Shown here piece by piece: positions 36,328 through 50,346 of a DNA stretch of 64,000 bases (positions are counted from its first letter, which is position 1; every line of letters starts with the position of its first letter). The stretch comes from Mobula hypostoma (taxonomy: Eukaryota). Where the stretch lies: positions 95,606,001 to 95,670,000 of the forward strand of contig NC_086108.1 in the NCBI RefSeq assembly GCF_963921235.1. The letters run 5' to 3'. A program made the translations under genes and the position numbers. The notes under the pieces were generated by a model, which worked only from the letters and a program-made list of their open reading frames with translations, searched no databases and had not been told where the DNA came from.

Positions 36328-37092
36328 CAGTGGATGCTGGTTAATTGGGACACATGGGGACCGTTATATTTTTGCCCCAATTAAGCGGCTGCCTCAATTA
36401 GCTGAAGTTTCATGGAAATCGTTAAAAAGGTTTAAAAAAGACAAACTGAGTAACAAATTATATATTTAAATGAAATACAGAACAAATTAAAATGCTGCGG
36501 TACTATAAAACTGTGTATTAGTTCCTAATAGTTTTTGACGGAGGAATTAATCCAGTGTAGCAATGAACAGATCAGTGCAGACACCAAGTGGATTGCCTTC
36601 ATACAACGTTATCAATGATTACAACCATTTTCATTGCAACATTCAAGATGATTGATATCTTCAATTTTTTTGTAGTTCCTAACTTGTTGAAGTAGTGAAA
36701 TCATTTCATTTTCACTCCCGTCCTTTTCTGATATTGCCAAGCTTGAATGCTTGAAACTGCAGTGAGCAAAACGGTTCTGAATTGTCTGGTTGCTTATCTC
36801 TCGCCAACTATCAGTGACAAAACTCACTGCTTTTTGAACACGGACACAACTGATGCTGCTTAAAAACTGCTCTAAGCAAGGTGTAGTCTCTATCAGCCAC
36901 ACAAGTGCATGCGACTGATGGTCTTTAGAACATGTTCAAGCAGCAGTCTCCTGTCCCAATTAAATGGTGTAGTGTCCCAAATAAATGAAGGGAATGCCGG
37001 CAATTTTCTCTATTAGGTTTTGTTGTTTAAGAGCTGTCGCAAATACGAGGCTGCTCTGATTAACCAATGGCTTAATTAACCAGAATCTACTG
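36328..37092 (-). mobile_element. Tigger/pogo-type DNA transposon deletion derivative
   Basis: TA|cagtggatgctggttaatt ... aattaaccagaatctactg|TA termini. Transposase remnant AVSFVTDSWREISNQTIQNRFAHCSF. Confidence 0.85.
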
Positions 37093-38226
37093 TATATCGT
37101 AATTTGAAACTTTTACTCTGGTAGTTAAAGCTTCTAAACCAATTATTTTTGTTACGTAGTAAAGTTAACTCCAAAAGGTGCATTGCTCGATTTTTAAAAT
37201 TTGTGACAGCATTTTTTAAAGTTAGATTAGTTAAGAAAACTAAAAGCACTGTTTTTTTAAAAAATTTCTGGTTATAGACAAGCTGGTTCAACAATTTGGT
37301 AATAGCTAAAACAGTATATTTCTGTGCTCTTCTCTACAATTCTTTAGTGATGAAACAGTAAATATCACACAATTCAAAGAAGCTAATATAATTGAAGTTG
37401 CTAGCATTGAATCCTGATGTGAAGAGCAAGTCTTGATTTTGTCTTTTTAAATGACTGCCCAAAGGTGATAAATGGTTTGAATATTTAGTTCTAAGAAGAA
37501 ATCTTTTGCACTTCCCATTGCACCGTAACAACATCTTTGGTTGCAGATATTGTTTACTGATAGATTCATTGATAGACCAATGAATGAAATCATGAAAATA
37601 TAGAAACCCCATATAATTACAGTGAAATTTGATTGCAAAACTAAAATGTTAACCTTATAAAATTTCCAAAAGATCAAGGAGGCAGTGTCTTATTTGTGTT
37701 CCCTAGTTTGGGAAAAAAAAATCTTTTCATGGGCAGGAAAAAGCAAATATATTTAACATGTGGTTTATTTTACATATTATGCTCAAAAATTGATCTATGT
37801 TTGAAATATTGCCCCTATTTTTACTTATGCAATTTACACAGGAAAGACCAATAAATTGCATAATTTGATTTCTATTTTGTGAAACTAAGGAAGTCAAAAT
37901 TTCCTTTCTATAAAATAATAGCTGTGACAGTTTAACACATCTTCGTGATTGCAATATGGTGCAGTCAAGATTATGTACTGAATAAATCAGATTGTACTCA
38001 AAGCTACAACTTGGAATTGAGATTGAAGCTAACAACTCCCTTCTGAAACACTTTTAAATAGAATCTTTTGCGGTAGGATGGAAAGATTAACTATCATTAT
38101 GTAAAGCCAGGGCAACTGTACAATCTTTTTTTCCTAACATGTAGAATGAAATATCTATATATTTTGTACCCATTTAATTTTTAATTGTATTTTATGTTTC
38201 TTCTCTTTGCATTTAATATCTTACAG

Positions 38227-38346
38227 GACTTTGTTCACTTCATGGGCTGGAATCTTGTTGGTCCTGTTGTTAATTGTGTGTTGAAAGATGAGCAACGGTT
38301 GCAGGACAGGGAGATCTGCTTGAAAATACTAGACCATCTTGTGGAG
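38227..38346 (+). CDS. GLMN: Glomulin exon 4 (120 nt)
   Basis: ttacag|DFVHFMGWNLVGPVVNCVLKDEQRLQDREICLKILDHLVE|gtaaga. Contains the conserved MGWNLVGPVV. Confidence 0.97.
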
Positions 38347-38930
38347 GTAAGAGAGCATATACAGAGTAGGATCTATAAGTTTGAGTGTAATTTTTTTTTG
38401 GTTCTATTGCACATCTGAAGAAGAAAGAATCTTGGCCTGAGCAGCACGAATAAAATAAGATTATCTAGTCAATTTTGCTTTGAGAACTTGCTGTGCCTAC
38501 TTAGCAGTTGTATTTCTGTTAATTTCAGAAAGTCTGTGAAGAACTTGATGACATGCAAATTTTGAGTGCTCTGTACAATAAATCTCTTTTAATAACTTTA
38601 TCTTTAACATAGATTTATGAATGCTCAGGTAGATCTTTTGTAAATTTCTGTCATAGATAGTTTGGGCGAGGACTAGGCTTTGAAGTAGCACCCAAATTTA
38701 GTGCTTAGCTCACTCTTGGCAGTCAATTTCATAAAGTGAAAGTTCATTAAGTTGCCACATGATGGCGTGATAAATAATGTTCTCTCAAGGAATTTGTGAT
38801 GGGCATAATTTAAGAAATACAGAGTTATTTCTTAAATTCTGAGAATATAATTTATCTCATTCTTGGTTAAATTTAACATCATTCAAACTGATACAAATTT
38901 GCTTCCCTAAGATATACTCCTTTCTTGCAG

Positions 38931-39039
38931 ATAAGTAACCCAAAGGAAATTCTGCTGGGTTTACTTGAAAAGATTGAGGATGCTTGTGGAAAAAATATAT
39001 CTAAAACCGTCTTGCTCCTCCTGCAGCCACTTCAAACAG
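38931..39039 (+). CDS. GLMN: Glomulin exon 5 (109 nt)
   Basis: ttgcag|ISNPKEILLGLLEKIEDACGKNISKTVLLLLQPLQT+G|gtaatt. Confidence 0.97.
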
Positions 39040-40149
39040 GTAATTTGAGGGTGCCACTTAATATTCACTTTATTGAAAGTTTGTACTTAGTTTACTCAAT
39101 GTACGTACTTCAAGACTGTTATATTGTATTACAAGGAAAGAGTTTATCTTAGTTACAGGAGCTTTAGAAATCTGTTGTGTTTCTAATGGATGTTGTTATT
39201 TCACTCCACTATGCTAAAGAAGAAATTACAATATTAGGAAATAACAGGTCATCTGAATTTATTTCATAAAAGAACCACTTCTGTTAGACACGTTTCTTTT
39301 GCTGATCTGGATTTTGCAGCCAAGCAGCAAAACGGCCGCCCTCCCCAGCAATAGAAAAGAAAGTTGCCAAGCAGCAGTCCCTATCCTGTGTTCTGACATT
39401 GCTTTCTGCCAGACGTTATTACTTCAAAGAAAAACCTGGAATCTGGTAAAAGTAATGCCCGGAATCGGTTAGGGAGCTAATGGTATGGAATTCTCAGGGG
39501 CCAGCATGTAAAAAGCAAAATTTTTAACTTGGGGACAAAGAGTTTAATGAACAGTACAGTAAAATCTGAATCAGGATCAGATTATTATGTTATGAAATTT
39601 GTTTTGTGGCAGTAGTACAGTGTAATACATAAAACAACCTATAAATTGTAATAAATAAAGTAAGAAGTATGATGAGGTAATCTAGTAATCTGTAGTCTGA
39701 TTATTCAGAAAACCCAGTGAATCAGCATTTGGGTCACATAGTGATGATTTCCATGCTCCCTTTATATATACCTGGTTCTGCTTTCTCTGCTTTCCTTGAA
39801 CTCGCCAGGCTCCTGTTTCCTGCACTTCTTTGCCCTACTTCCTGTGTGCCCTTGAAACTCGCTGTGCTGGTTTTCCTGTGTGCCCTTCCAATTTACCAGA
39901 TTCACTGGAAAACTTATAATACTTATGTAACATCTAAAAAACTGAATTGAAATGTATGGGGTTACTAAATCGAATACTTCTAGTACTCCAGAAGATTTTC
40001 CATCAGTCATGCCTCTGTGAGATTAACATGGTTTTATTTACTGTTATGGTTTGGTGTGTATAAAGTCACACTGATGCTGTTTGCAACAAATGTAAGGTTT
40101 TTTTTAAAGAGTATTTTGCAGTGAGGATTTTTAAGTCAGAGGAATGGGT

Positions 40150-40740
40150 CCAAAGCAGGCTGAGTTTATATGTGAGACCTCACCTGGAGTATTATGAGCA
40201 GTTTTCGGCCCCTTGTCTTAGAAGGGATGTGCTGACACTGGAGAGGGTTCAAGGGATTTTCACAAATGATTCCAAGATTGAACGCCTTGTCATAAGAAGA
40301 GCATTTGATGTCTCTGGGCCTGTATTCACCAGAATTCAGAAGAATGAGGGGTGACCTCATTGAAACCTATTCAATGGTGAAAGGCCTTGATAGAGTGGAT
40401 ATGGAGAGGATGTTTCCCATGGTGAGAGAGTCTAAGACCAGATGACACAGCTTCAGATCAGAGGGGCATCCTTGTAGAGCAGAGATGAGGAGGAATTTCT
40501 TCAGCCAGAGTGGTGAATCTGTTGAATTCTTTGCCACAGGCAGCTGTGGAGGGGAAATCTTTACGTATATTCGAGGCAGAGAGTGATAGGTTCTTAATTT
40601 GTCAGGGCATGAAGGGATACAAAGAGAAGGCAGGAGATTGGGGCTGAGAAGAAAAAAATGCATCAGCCATGATGAAATGGCAGAGCAGACTTGATAGGCC
40701 TATGGCCTAATTCTGCTCCAATATCTTATGGTCTTATGTG
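40150..40740 (+). mobile_element. CR1 LINE 3' fragment
   Basis: VRPHLEY...LERVQ...RGDLIETY...RNFFSQ, followed by a tcttatggtcttatg tail. Confidence 0.85.
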
Positions 40741-41000
40741 CTTAACTCTTGAAGTTCCTGAGACTGTTTTGTAGTGTTTCCATGGTGAATGCTGACAGTT
40801 CCATTACAGTCACAAAATTTTGGCCATTATATTGCAAATTGATTAATTTTCATTTATTTAAGTATTTCTTAATTGAGATTTTCAATATGTTAGCTCTTAC
40901 ATTTGTTTTCCTCGTGTTAACTGCACCTTAAACTATAAGCAATTCCATTTTTAAGGGAGTTTTAATTTCAACAGTCTAACAATGACGCTTCTTTCCCCAG

Positions 41001-41247
41001 TGCTATTAAAAATGAAACACAAAAAGGCATATTCTGTGGGATTGTCTCTTGCAACCATTCAGAGCCAACTCTCCACACTACCAGTACCTATTAATGATGA
41101 GCAACATTATCAGGATGATTATGAGCTTTGCAAGTGCTATATGGCCATTAGCTCATTTGTTAAACCATTTGTGGATGAAGTGACTCAAACAACAAATTCC
41201 ATGAGAGATCCTTCCTATTACGAACTGAAGGAGGAACTACTCAAATT
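41001..41247 (+). CDS. GLMN: Glomulin exon 6 (247 nt)
   Basis: ccccag|(V)LLKMKHKKAYSVGLSLATIQSQLSTLPVP...FVKPFVDEV...LKEELLK+TT|gtaggt. Phase 1 to phase 2. Confidence 0.95.
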
Positions 41248-41350
41248 GTAGGTACTTAATTTTCAATTGGATGGTTTACATTCTTTATCTGTGCTGTCAG
41301 GTAAATTAATCTGTGCGTAACCTAATTGGTCTTTTTGCAATTGATGATAG

Positions 41351-41453
41351 CTTTATGAAAAGTTTGGAATACCCACTACTCTCAGCACAGTTACAGCCAT
41401 TAACCGACGAGATTGAAGGCAATTCATTAAGAGCTTTTGCTGCGGAAACTGTC
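41351..41453 (+). CDS. GLMN: Glomulin exon 7 (103 nt)
   Basis: gatag|C+FMKSLEYPLLSAQLQPLTDEIEGNSLRAFAAETV|gtaagt. Confidence 0.95.
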
Positions 41454-42296
41454 GTAAGTTTAATTTGTCCCCTCTTGTTTAATTCACACAGTAATTCACT
41501 CAGGCCGTTCATCTGTGTTTGCAATGGAATTAACTTAAGCCTCTTAAGTATTTACTTGATGTCAGATGGTTCGTAAAATGGTTCATAATATTTTTATCTT
41601 ATCATTGAGTTGTACTTGAATGAAAATATCTTGATTGCACTAATCATAATTGCGAACTAAGTGCTAATATGGAGTTCAGTTAATATCCAGTTGGTTTTGT
41701 ATACACCTTGTGTGGGTTATAGTCAAATTTCTGTTTGAAAATTTTGAGCTGGTTCTTGTATTCCACATAGAAAGTTTGCATTTCAAGAGGTTGGAGGTGT
41801 TGGAAAGATCTTCAATGTTTTAAGAAGAGGTGAAATAAAGGCATATAACCTGTAAATTTTCAAGATTCCTCTAATAACTCATCCTGTCTCCATGGAATGC
41901 ACAGATGGTGCAGTTTGAAAGCTAAATGAATGCTGATCGTCAGGGATGTAAACAGAACGGCTATGCCTTGAGCTGAGTGGCAGACAAACTTTCAGATTTG
42001 TAATTGAATGAATTCTATCTCTAGAGTGCAGGATTCAAGAAACATATTATTTTTCATTTGAGCTAAAATAAGTGAGGATTTGAGAAAGAAAGCTTATCTT
42101 TGCAGAGCACGATGCAACAATTTATGAAGATCTGCCAAAAATGATATAGCACAGTTCATTTTTGACTGCAAAGTTAGGTTGAGGAATCAGTTCCTGAATT
42201 AAATCACTGAGACCAAATATTTTCATGTATCAACTTGTATATGAATTTAATGAAGAATTTTATTTACAGTGAAATGAGTGCCATCATCTCTTGCAG

Positions 42297-42487
42297 GTTT
42301 TGTTGGTGGCAATTGGTGAATCACTTCCTGCACTGATGGTTCATCAGTTGTTGAAGTCCAGAAAGAAATTGCAGGAGATTAACCCTCTGAAAGAAGATGT
42401 AAAATACCCAACCAATTCACTGGCAAGCTTGGCATATCTTTTATTTGTTCAGCATATTGGTATCGATCAATTTCCAGCTGTATACAG
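42297..42487 (+). CDS. GLMN: Glomulin exon 8 (191 nt)
   Basis: ttgcag|VLLVAIGESLP...NSLASLAYLLFVQHIGIDQFPAVY+AG|gtgtgt. Human: SMASLAYLVFVQGIHIDQLPMVL. Confidence 0.96.
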
Positions 42488-43494
42488 GTGTGTGGAGATG
42501 AGGGTCCAATGTTGAGAACAATATTCTTGAGAATGATGGGGCATGCTGCAGCTTTAGAATCTTAGTGCTTTTTGTTGACAACAATTTATGAAGATTTGTC
42601 AAAATTAATGTAATTGTTGCGCTCTTAAGCTGCTCTCTTGAATTTAAGACCCAACCCTACAATATCACCAGTTTGAAAATTCTCTTTTGTAGGAACTTGT
42701 AATTGGAATTGGTTTATTTGTGTCACATCTACCAAGTTACAAATCAAATTCAAGTTTAATTATGATTCAACACACAAAATAGCAGGCGCACACAGTCACA
42801 CCAAAGAAAATATATATAGCTCAAGTCCTGAGCAACATGTCCCTCAAGTTGAAGGTGCAGTTCCCAGCAGTGTGCAAACATATGCTTGCAATCCAGCCTG
42901 TCATTCCACTGATCGAACACTGTAGGACAGCACAGACGGGAGAAGCCAGTCCCCAGTCGAGCATGGATGCCATGCTACACTGCCTCTGCCTTTCCTCTCC
43001 TGGACTGCAGCAAAGAGGCCGCTGTGCCTGAACGCGTCCCCTTCTTAATGGAAGTGAAAAGCTTGTCTTACATACAGTTCATACAGATAATTCATTACAC
43101 AATGTGTTGAGCTAGAATAAGGTAAAATGATAATATAGATTAAGGTGTAACAGCTACAGAAGAAGTGTAGTGCGGGTAAACAGTAAAGTGTAAGATCACA
43201 GTGAGTTCAACAGTCCATTTATCATACTAAAGAATCATTTAATAGTCTTATAATTTTGGGTTAGAGCTGTCATTGAGCCTAGTGCTGTACGCTTTCAGGC
43301 TTTTGTATCTTCTGCCCAGTGGAGGAGGGAAGGAGAAAGGATGTCTGCGATGGGTGGGGTCTTTGATTATGCTCCCTGATTTACTGAAGCAGCAAGAAGT
43401 ATAGACAGGGAACTTTGCAGTTTCTTGAGGTCATGTGCAGGACCTCATTTGCCATATCAAGCTGTTCCTCATCCAGACTGTATGTTTTCTAGGG

Positions 43495-44639
43495 CAGCAG
43501 TCCCCAACCACCGGGCCGCAGAGCATGTGCTACCGGGCTGCGAGGAAATGATATGAGTCAGCTGCACCTTTCCTCATTCCCTGTCACTGTTGAACTTGAA
43601 CATAGGGTTGCCAACTGTCCTGTATTTGCTGGGACATTCCGTATATTGGGCTAAATTGGTTTGTCCCATACGGGACCGCCCTTGTCCCGTATTTCCCCCG
43701 CTAAGGTACAGCGTTCCTATGAAACCTTTCGTGCCGAAATGGCATGAAGCGAAGAAGCAACTACCATTAATTTATATGGGCAAAGTTTTTGAGCGTTCCC
43801 AGACCCAAAAAATAATCTACCAAATCATACCAAAATAACACATAAAACCAAAAATAACACTAACATATAGTAAAAGCAGGCATGATATGATAAATACATA
43901 GCCTATATAAAGTAGAAATAATGTATGTACAGTGTAGTCGGGAAGATGAAGGCAAAAGCAATTTGTGGCGGGGGGGAGTCGGCACGTACGTGCATGCGGA
44001 CGTCACGCATGCGCACGCAGGTGCCCGCGCAAGGCTTCATGGTCATGGTAGTCTTTCATAGTCATACTTTATTGATCCCGAGGGAAATTGGTTTTCGTTA
44101 CAGTTGCACCAACCAAGAATAGAGTATAAATAAAGCAATATAAAACCAAAAATAATTAAATAGTAATATGTAAGTGCCAGGAAATAAGTCCAGGACTAGC
44201 CTATTGGCTTAGGGTGTTTGACCCTCCAAGGGAAGAGTTGTAAAGTTTGATAGCCACAGGCAGGAATGACTTCCTGTGACGCTCAGTGTCACATCTGGGT
44301 GGAATGAGTCTCTGGCTGAATGTACTCCTGTGCCCAACCAGTCCATTATGTAGTGGATGGGAGACATTGTCCAAGATGGCATGCAACTTAGACAGCATCC
44401 TCTTGTCAGACACCACCGTCAGAGAGTCCAGTGGGGTAAAGTGTCCCGGGATTTGACTGCTACTTTTGTCCCTTATTTGGGACTGAGAAAGTTGGCAACC
44501 CTAACTGTAAAAGTCATGTTGAGGTGAGTTTAACCCTACTTGAACATCTCCCCCCCGCCCCCCCAACGGGTCGGCAGGTCCGCAAGAATATTGTCAATAT
44601 TAAACCAGTCCGCGGTGCAAAAAAGGTTGGGGACCCCTG
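43495..44639. mobile_element. hAT (Charlie-like) non-autonomous element with nested inserts
   Basis: TIRs cagcagtccccaacc / ggttggggacccctg. 8-bp TSD ttctaggg / ttcttggg. Sits inside a Rex1 3' fragment. Confidence 0.85.
43603..44538. mobile_element. Inner hAT (Blackjack/Tip100-like) element
   Basis: Left TIR tagggttgccaac and a perfect 8-bp TSD cttgaaca (43595-43602, 44539-44546). Contains a Rex1 3' fragment (~44055-44432, minus strand; SHPLHNGL...FSQRLIPPRCDTERHRKSFLPVAIKLYN). Confidence 0.8.
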
Positions 44640-45299
44640 TTCTTGGGTGTATCAATAAAAATTGATATAGCTTAACGGGGACATGCCAAATTTCTTTAGC
44701 CTCCTATGGAAGTACAGGCATTGGTGAGCTTTCTTGGCCTTGGCATCTATGTGATTGTATCAGGACAAGCTCAACTTGTGTGATTCCTCTATTAATCTAA
44801 AATGGGTAACATAGAATATTTTATTACAATAGTAGTGTTTCACAGTGCAAAGTTTTTTTAACCTGTCTGTTCTTTGTTCATGTAAGTGAAATTCTGTACT
44901 TGCATCAAAAATAGAAGCAATTGCAAGGCAAAAGCCCTCCAGCTTACTTCTAAAATCGTAGCTCATCCTGTGCTTCAAGTTCCCTTTCCTGTCCTATCTG
45001 CATACTGCAATTCATTGTTTTTAAATTTGTCAATTTCAATCTTACTTAGCCTATACTTAGCAAATAAGCATTTACAGCTGTCTGTGGTAAAGAACACAGG
45101 GGAGAAAAATTTCCCAGTAATAGTCTTAAGTGGTCAGTTCATTATTCTGATACCACAAGCTGCATTTCTAGTCTACAACCAAAGCAAAGACTTCTCTAGA
45201 TCCTCTCAGGATCATTTATGTTTTAGTGAAATATAAGAAACTGTGAGTTAGGAGTAGGAGTGGGTCAAGTCTGCTCCAGTACTTAATCAGATTGTGCTC

Positions 45300-48280
45300 A
45301 TATAACCATATAACAATTACAGCATGGAAACAGGCCATATCGGCCTTTCTAGTCTGTGCCGAACGCTTACTCTGACCTAGTCCCACCGACCTGCACTCAG
45401 CCCATATTCCTCCATTCCTTTCCTGTCCATATAGCTATCCAATTTAACTTTAAATGATTAAATGACAACATCGAACCTGCATTAACCACTTCTGCTGGAA
45501 GCTTGTTCCACACAGCTACCACTCTCTGAGTAAAGAAGTTACCCCTCATGTTACCCCTAAACTTTTGCCCTTTGACTCTCAACTCATGTCCTCTTGTTTG
45601 AATCTCCCCTACTCTCAATGGAAAAAGCCTATCCACATCAACTCTATCTATCCCCCTCATAATTTTAAATACCTCTATCAAGTCCCCCCTCAACCTTCTA
45701 CGCTCCAGAGAATAAAGATCCAATTTGTTCAACCTTTCTCTGTAACTTAGGTGATGAAATCCGGGTAACATTCTAGTAAATCTTCTCTGTACTCTCTCAA
45801 TTTTATTGACATCTTTCCTATAATTCGGTGATCAGAACTGTACACCATACTCCAAATTTGGCCTTACCAATGCCTTGTACAATTTCAGCATTACATCCCA
45901 ACTCCTATACTCAATTAATAAAGGCCAGCATACCAGAAGCTTTCTTCACCACCCTATCCACATGAAATTCCACCTTCAGGGAACTATGCACCATTATTCC
46001 TAGATCCCTCTGTTTTACTGCATTCTTCAATGCCCTACCATTTACCATGTATATCCTATTTTGATTAGCCCTACCAAAATGCAGCACCTCACATTTATCA
46101 GCATTAAGCTCCATCTGCCATCTTTCAGCCCACTCTTCTAACTGGCCTAAATCTCTCGGCAAGCTTTGAAAACCTACTTCATTATCCATAACTCCACCTA
46201 TCTTGATATCATCTGCATACTTACTCATCCAATTTACCACCCCATCATCCAGATCATTAATGTATATGACAAACAATACTGGACCTAGTACAGATCCCTG
46301 AGGCACACCACTAGTCACCGGCCTCCAATCTGACAAACAGTTATCCACCACTACTCTCTGGCGTCTCCCATCCAGCCACTGCTGAATCCATTTTACTACT
46401 TCAATATTAATACCTAATGATTTAACCTTCCTAACTAACCTTCCGTGTGGAACCTTGTGAAAGGCCTTACTGAAGTCCATATAGACAACATCCACCACTT
46501 TACCCTCACCAACTTTCCTAGTAACCTCTTCAAAAAATTCAATAAGATTTGTCAAACGTGACCTTAAAATCCATGTTGACTGTTCCTAATCAGACCTTGT
46601 CTATCCAGATAATTATATATACCATCTCTAAGACTACTTTCCATCAATTTACCCACCACAGACGTCAAACTCACAGGCCAATAATTGCTAGGTTTACTCT
46701 CAGGACCCTTTTTAAACAATGGAACAACATGAGCAATACGCCAATCCTCCAGCACCATCCCCATTTCTAATGACATTTGAACTATTTCTGTCAGAGCCCC
46801 TGTTATTTCCACACCAACTTCCCTCAAGTTCCTGGGGAATATCCTGTCAGGACCTGGAGACTTATCCACTTTTATATTCCATAAAAGTGCCAGTACTTCC
46901 TCTTTTTTAATCATCATAGTTTCCATAACTTCCCTGCCTGTTTCCCTTACCTTACACAATTCAATATCCTTCTCCTTAGTGAATACCGAAGAAAAGAAAT
47001 TGTTCAGAATCTCCCCCATCTCTTTTGGCTCCACACATAGCTGTCCACTCTGATTCTCTAAGGGACCAATTTTATCCCTCACTATCCTTTTGCTATTAAT
47101 ATAACTGTAGAAACCCTTTGGATTTATTTTCACCTTACTTGCCAAAGCAACCTCATATCTTCTAGCTTTTCTAATTTCTTTAAGATTCTTTTTACATTCT
47201 ATATATTCCTCGAGCACCTCATTTACTCCATGCTGCCTATATTTATTATAGATATCTCTCTTTTTCTGGACCAAGTTTCCAATATCCCTTGAAAACCATG
47301 GCTCTCTCAAACTTTTAACCTTTCTTTTCAACCTAACAGGAACATAAAGATTCTGTACCCTCAAAATTTCACCTTTAAATGACCTCCATTTTTCTATTAC
47401 ATTCTTCCCATAAAACAAGATGTCCCAATCCACTCCTTCTGAATCCTTTCGCATCTCCTTAAAGTTAGCCTTTCTCCAATCAAAAATCTCAACCCTGGGT
47501 CCAGGCCTATCCTTCTCCATAATTATATTGAAACTAATGGCATTGTGATCACTGGACCCGAAGTGCTCCCCAACACAAACCTCTGTCAGCTGACCTATCT
47601 CATTCCCTAACAGGAGATCCAACACTCCCCCTCCTCTATGTATTGCTGCAAAAAACTATACTGCACACATTTTACAATCTCTAAACCATCCAGCCCTCTT
47701 ACAGTATGGGCTTCCCAGTCTATGTGTGGAAAATTAAAATCTCCTACAATGACAACCTTGTGCTTACTACAAATATCTGCTATCTCCTTACAAATTTGCT
47801 CCTCCAATTCTTGCTCCCCATTTGTTGGTCTATAATACATCTCTATAAGTGTTACTACACCTTTCCCATTCCTCAATTCCCACCCAAATAGCCTCTCTAG
47901 ACGAGCCCTCTAATCTATCCTGCCAGAGCACCGCTGTAATATTTTCTCTGACAAGCAATGCAACACCTCCCCCTCTTGTCCTTCCAATTCTATCACGCCT
48001 GAAGCAATGAAATCCAGGAATATTTAGTTGCCAATCACACCCCTCCTGTAACCATGTTTCACTAATAGCTGCCACATCATACTTTCAGGTATCAATCCAT
48101 GCTTTAAGCTCTTCCACCTTTTTTATAATGCTCCTAACATTAAAATAAATGCATTTCAGGAATTTTCCACCTCTTACTCTCTGTTTATCACTAACGGTAC
48201 AAACAACTTTACTATTTCTTTTTCTTCCTTCTCCCCTTCATCTGTTCCTACACTCTAGTTCCCCTCCCCCCTTGTATCTA
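45300..48280 (-). mobile_element. Near-complete CR1 ORF2 (endonuclease and RT) plus 3' UTR
   Basis: ORFs 47830-48075 (AAISETWL), 47607-47876 (VGDFNFPHIDW), 46564-47625, 45911-46555 (SGVPQGSVLGP, KYADD) and 45397-45771. Confidence 0.95.
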
Positions 48281-48499
48281 GCTCATCTGATTATAATATC
48301 ACCCCTGCATTCCCAACTATTCATAGTAATTTTTCAGCTTGTTACTTAATCAATGCCTCTAAAATATTTCAAAATATTTGTTTCCAGTGCCCTTTGAGGA
48401 GGAGAGTTACAAAGACAAGACACACCCTACTTAGTATAATTTCTGTCTTAAATCATAAGGTCTTATTGTAATACAGTAAAACCTTGTTCCAGAAGGGTC

Positions 48500-49810
48500 G
48501 ATGGTCAGTCGTTGTCCCAGGATGGAAAAGTCGAATTTTAGAAGGCATAGGTTTAACATGAGTAGGGGAAAGTTTAAACAAGATTTTGTTTAGTTTTTTT
48601 GATTTTATATAGATGGTGGAGGGTACCTGGAATGTGCTGCCAGGAGAGATGATGGAATTGGACGTAATAACAATTTTTAAGAAGCCTTTAGACAGGCACA
48701 TGAACAGGCAGGTATGAGAGGGGTATGGACCATGTGTAGGCAGATAGGACTAGTTTAGACTGGCTGCATGGTTGGTGCAGAGATGGAAGGCTGAAGGGCC
48801 TGCTCCAGTGCTATATTGTTCTATGTAAGACACTCAGGATCTTTTCAATCAAGTAACCTCTCATTCTTAGACATCAGCAGGTGCAAATCTGATGTTTAAT
48901 CTTTCCTCATGAGGCCACAGCCCATTCAAAGTAGTTGTCTCGGAAACCTTTTCTGAACTGGTTCCAACACATTAACATCCCTCCATGAATAAGGAGAATA
49001 TGTTGCACACAGTTCTCCAGTTGTCGTCTCACCAATGCCTATACAATTGGGGCATAACCTCCATATTTTTCTATTTAAATTCCCTAGCAATAAACAGTGA
49101 CTTCCTTGTTAGGTTAATTACTTGTCTTACCCATGTACTAAGTGAATTTGTGGAATTCATTGACACATATGGCTGTGGAGGTCAAGTTATTGGGTTTATT
49201 TAAAGCAGAGGTTGATAGTTCTTGATTAGTTGATTAGTAAGGGCATCAAAGGCCTCAGAGAGAAAGCTTGAGAATGGGGTTGAAAGGGAAAATAAATCAA
49301 CCATGATCAATTGATGGATCATATTCAATGGGCCAGATGGTCTATTTCTGTTCCTATGTCTTTTGGTTTTGTGGTCTGAGTCTTTTGTGACACATGTGCT
49401 GGGACACCCAGAGTTTTTGTACCTCAGAACACTTGCCGTTTAGATAATATGCTTTTTATTTTACCTGCCAGAACAGACAATTTCGTAGTTTTTCAATTTA
49501 TCTATTATTTGGTAGTTCTTTGTCCATACTTAAACAATTTCTATCCCTTTGTAACCTTATGTCTTTTTCTCAGTTTACCTTTCTAGTTAACTTTGACATG
49601 AGTAAATTCAGCAGTCATTTTTCTTGTGTCTTCACCCAAGGCATTACATTGTAAACCGATAAGGCTCCAGTCCCTGTGCTTGTTACATCTTCTAAACAGT
49701 GGAAAAACCCATTTATGCTTAATCTCTTTTCCCTCTTAACTAGCCAATCTACCATCTACCCCAACAGGTTATCTCCTATACTATCAGCTTTTACTTTCCA
49801 CAGTTGCCTC
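48500..49810. mobile_element. Cluster of old CR1 fragments in both orientations
   Basis: CR1 3' end on + at ~48500-48830 and ~49140-49375. Older minus-strand RT remnant around them. Confidence 0.6.
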
Positions 49811-50292
49811 TGATATAACATCTCATAAAGTATTGACATTCTACAAAACTCCAGTTAGCCTCATTCTATTCGGTCTGTCTTCAAAGGACACCTACTTAGA
49901 AGCTGTTGGTGCCTGTAAAGGCATATTAATTCTTATAGAATTTCTAATTGGCTATTGCATGTTCATGCATGGGGAGTGAACATGTTCTGTTTGTGGTCTA
50001 CCACTGGGAGACTCAGTAGCCCTTGAGGCCAAAGATGTGCTCCACAATCAGCCTTGCATGGTGCAGGTGCAAAAGAACTAAGAAAATCTGTGAGTCTGGT
50101 TCCAGGATAAAGAGGACACACGGACAAAAGATTATTGAAATAATGTGATTTTAACTTTTTTTAAATAACGGTAAAGTAGTAGGGAATTAAGGAAATTTAA
50201 AATTGTTAATTTTTAGGTGAATAATTTGAGATGTTAATGTACCTTTTTGTTTTTTGTTTGTAACTGATACAAATGAAATCTCTGCCTTGCAG

Positions 50293-50346
50293 CCCTGAAT
50301 ATCTACTAATGTTCAATTTGGAATATGTATCTGCATTGATAAACAG
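50293..50346 (+). CDS. GLMN: Glomulin exon 9 (54 nt)
   Basis: ttgcag|C+PEYLLMFNLEYVSALIN+AG|gtaagt. Human: SPLYLLQFNMGHIEVFLQR. Confidence 0.93.

Noticed and set aside
41248..41253. Alternative exon 6 donor TAG|gtactt
   Set aside because: It would include an in-frame stop and break the phase with exon 7. TT|gtaggt fits the homology.
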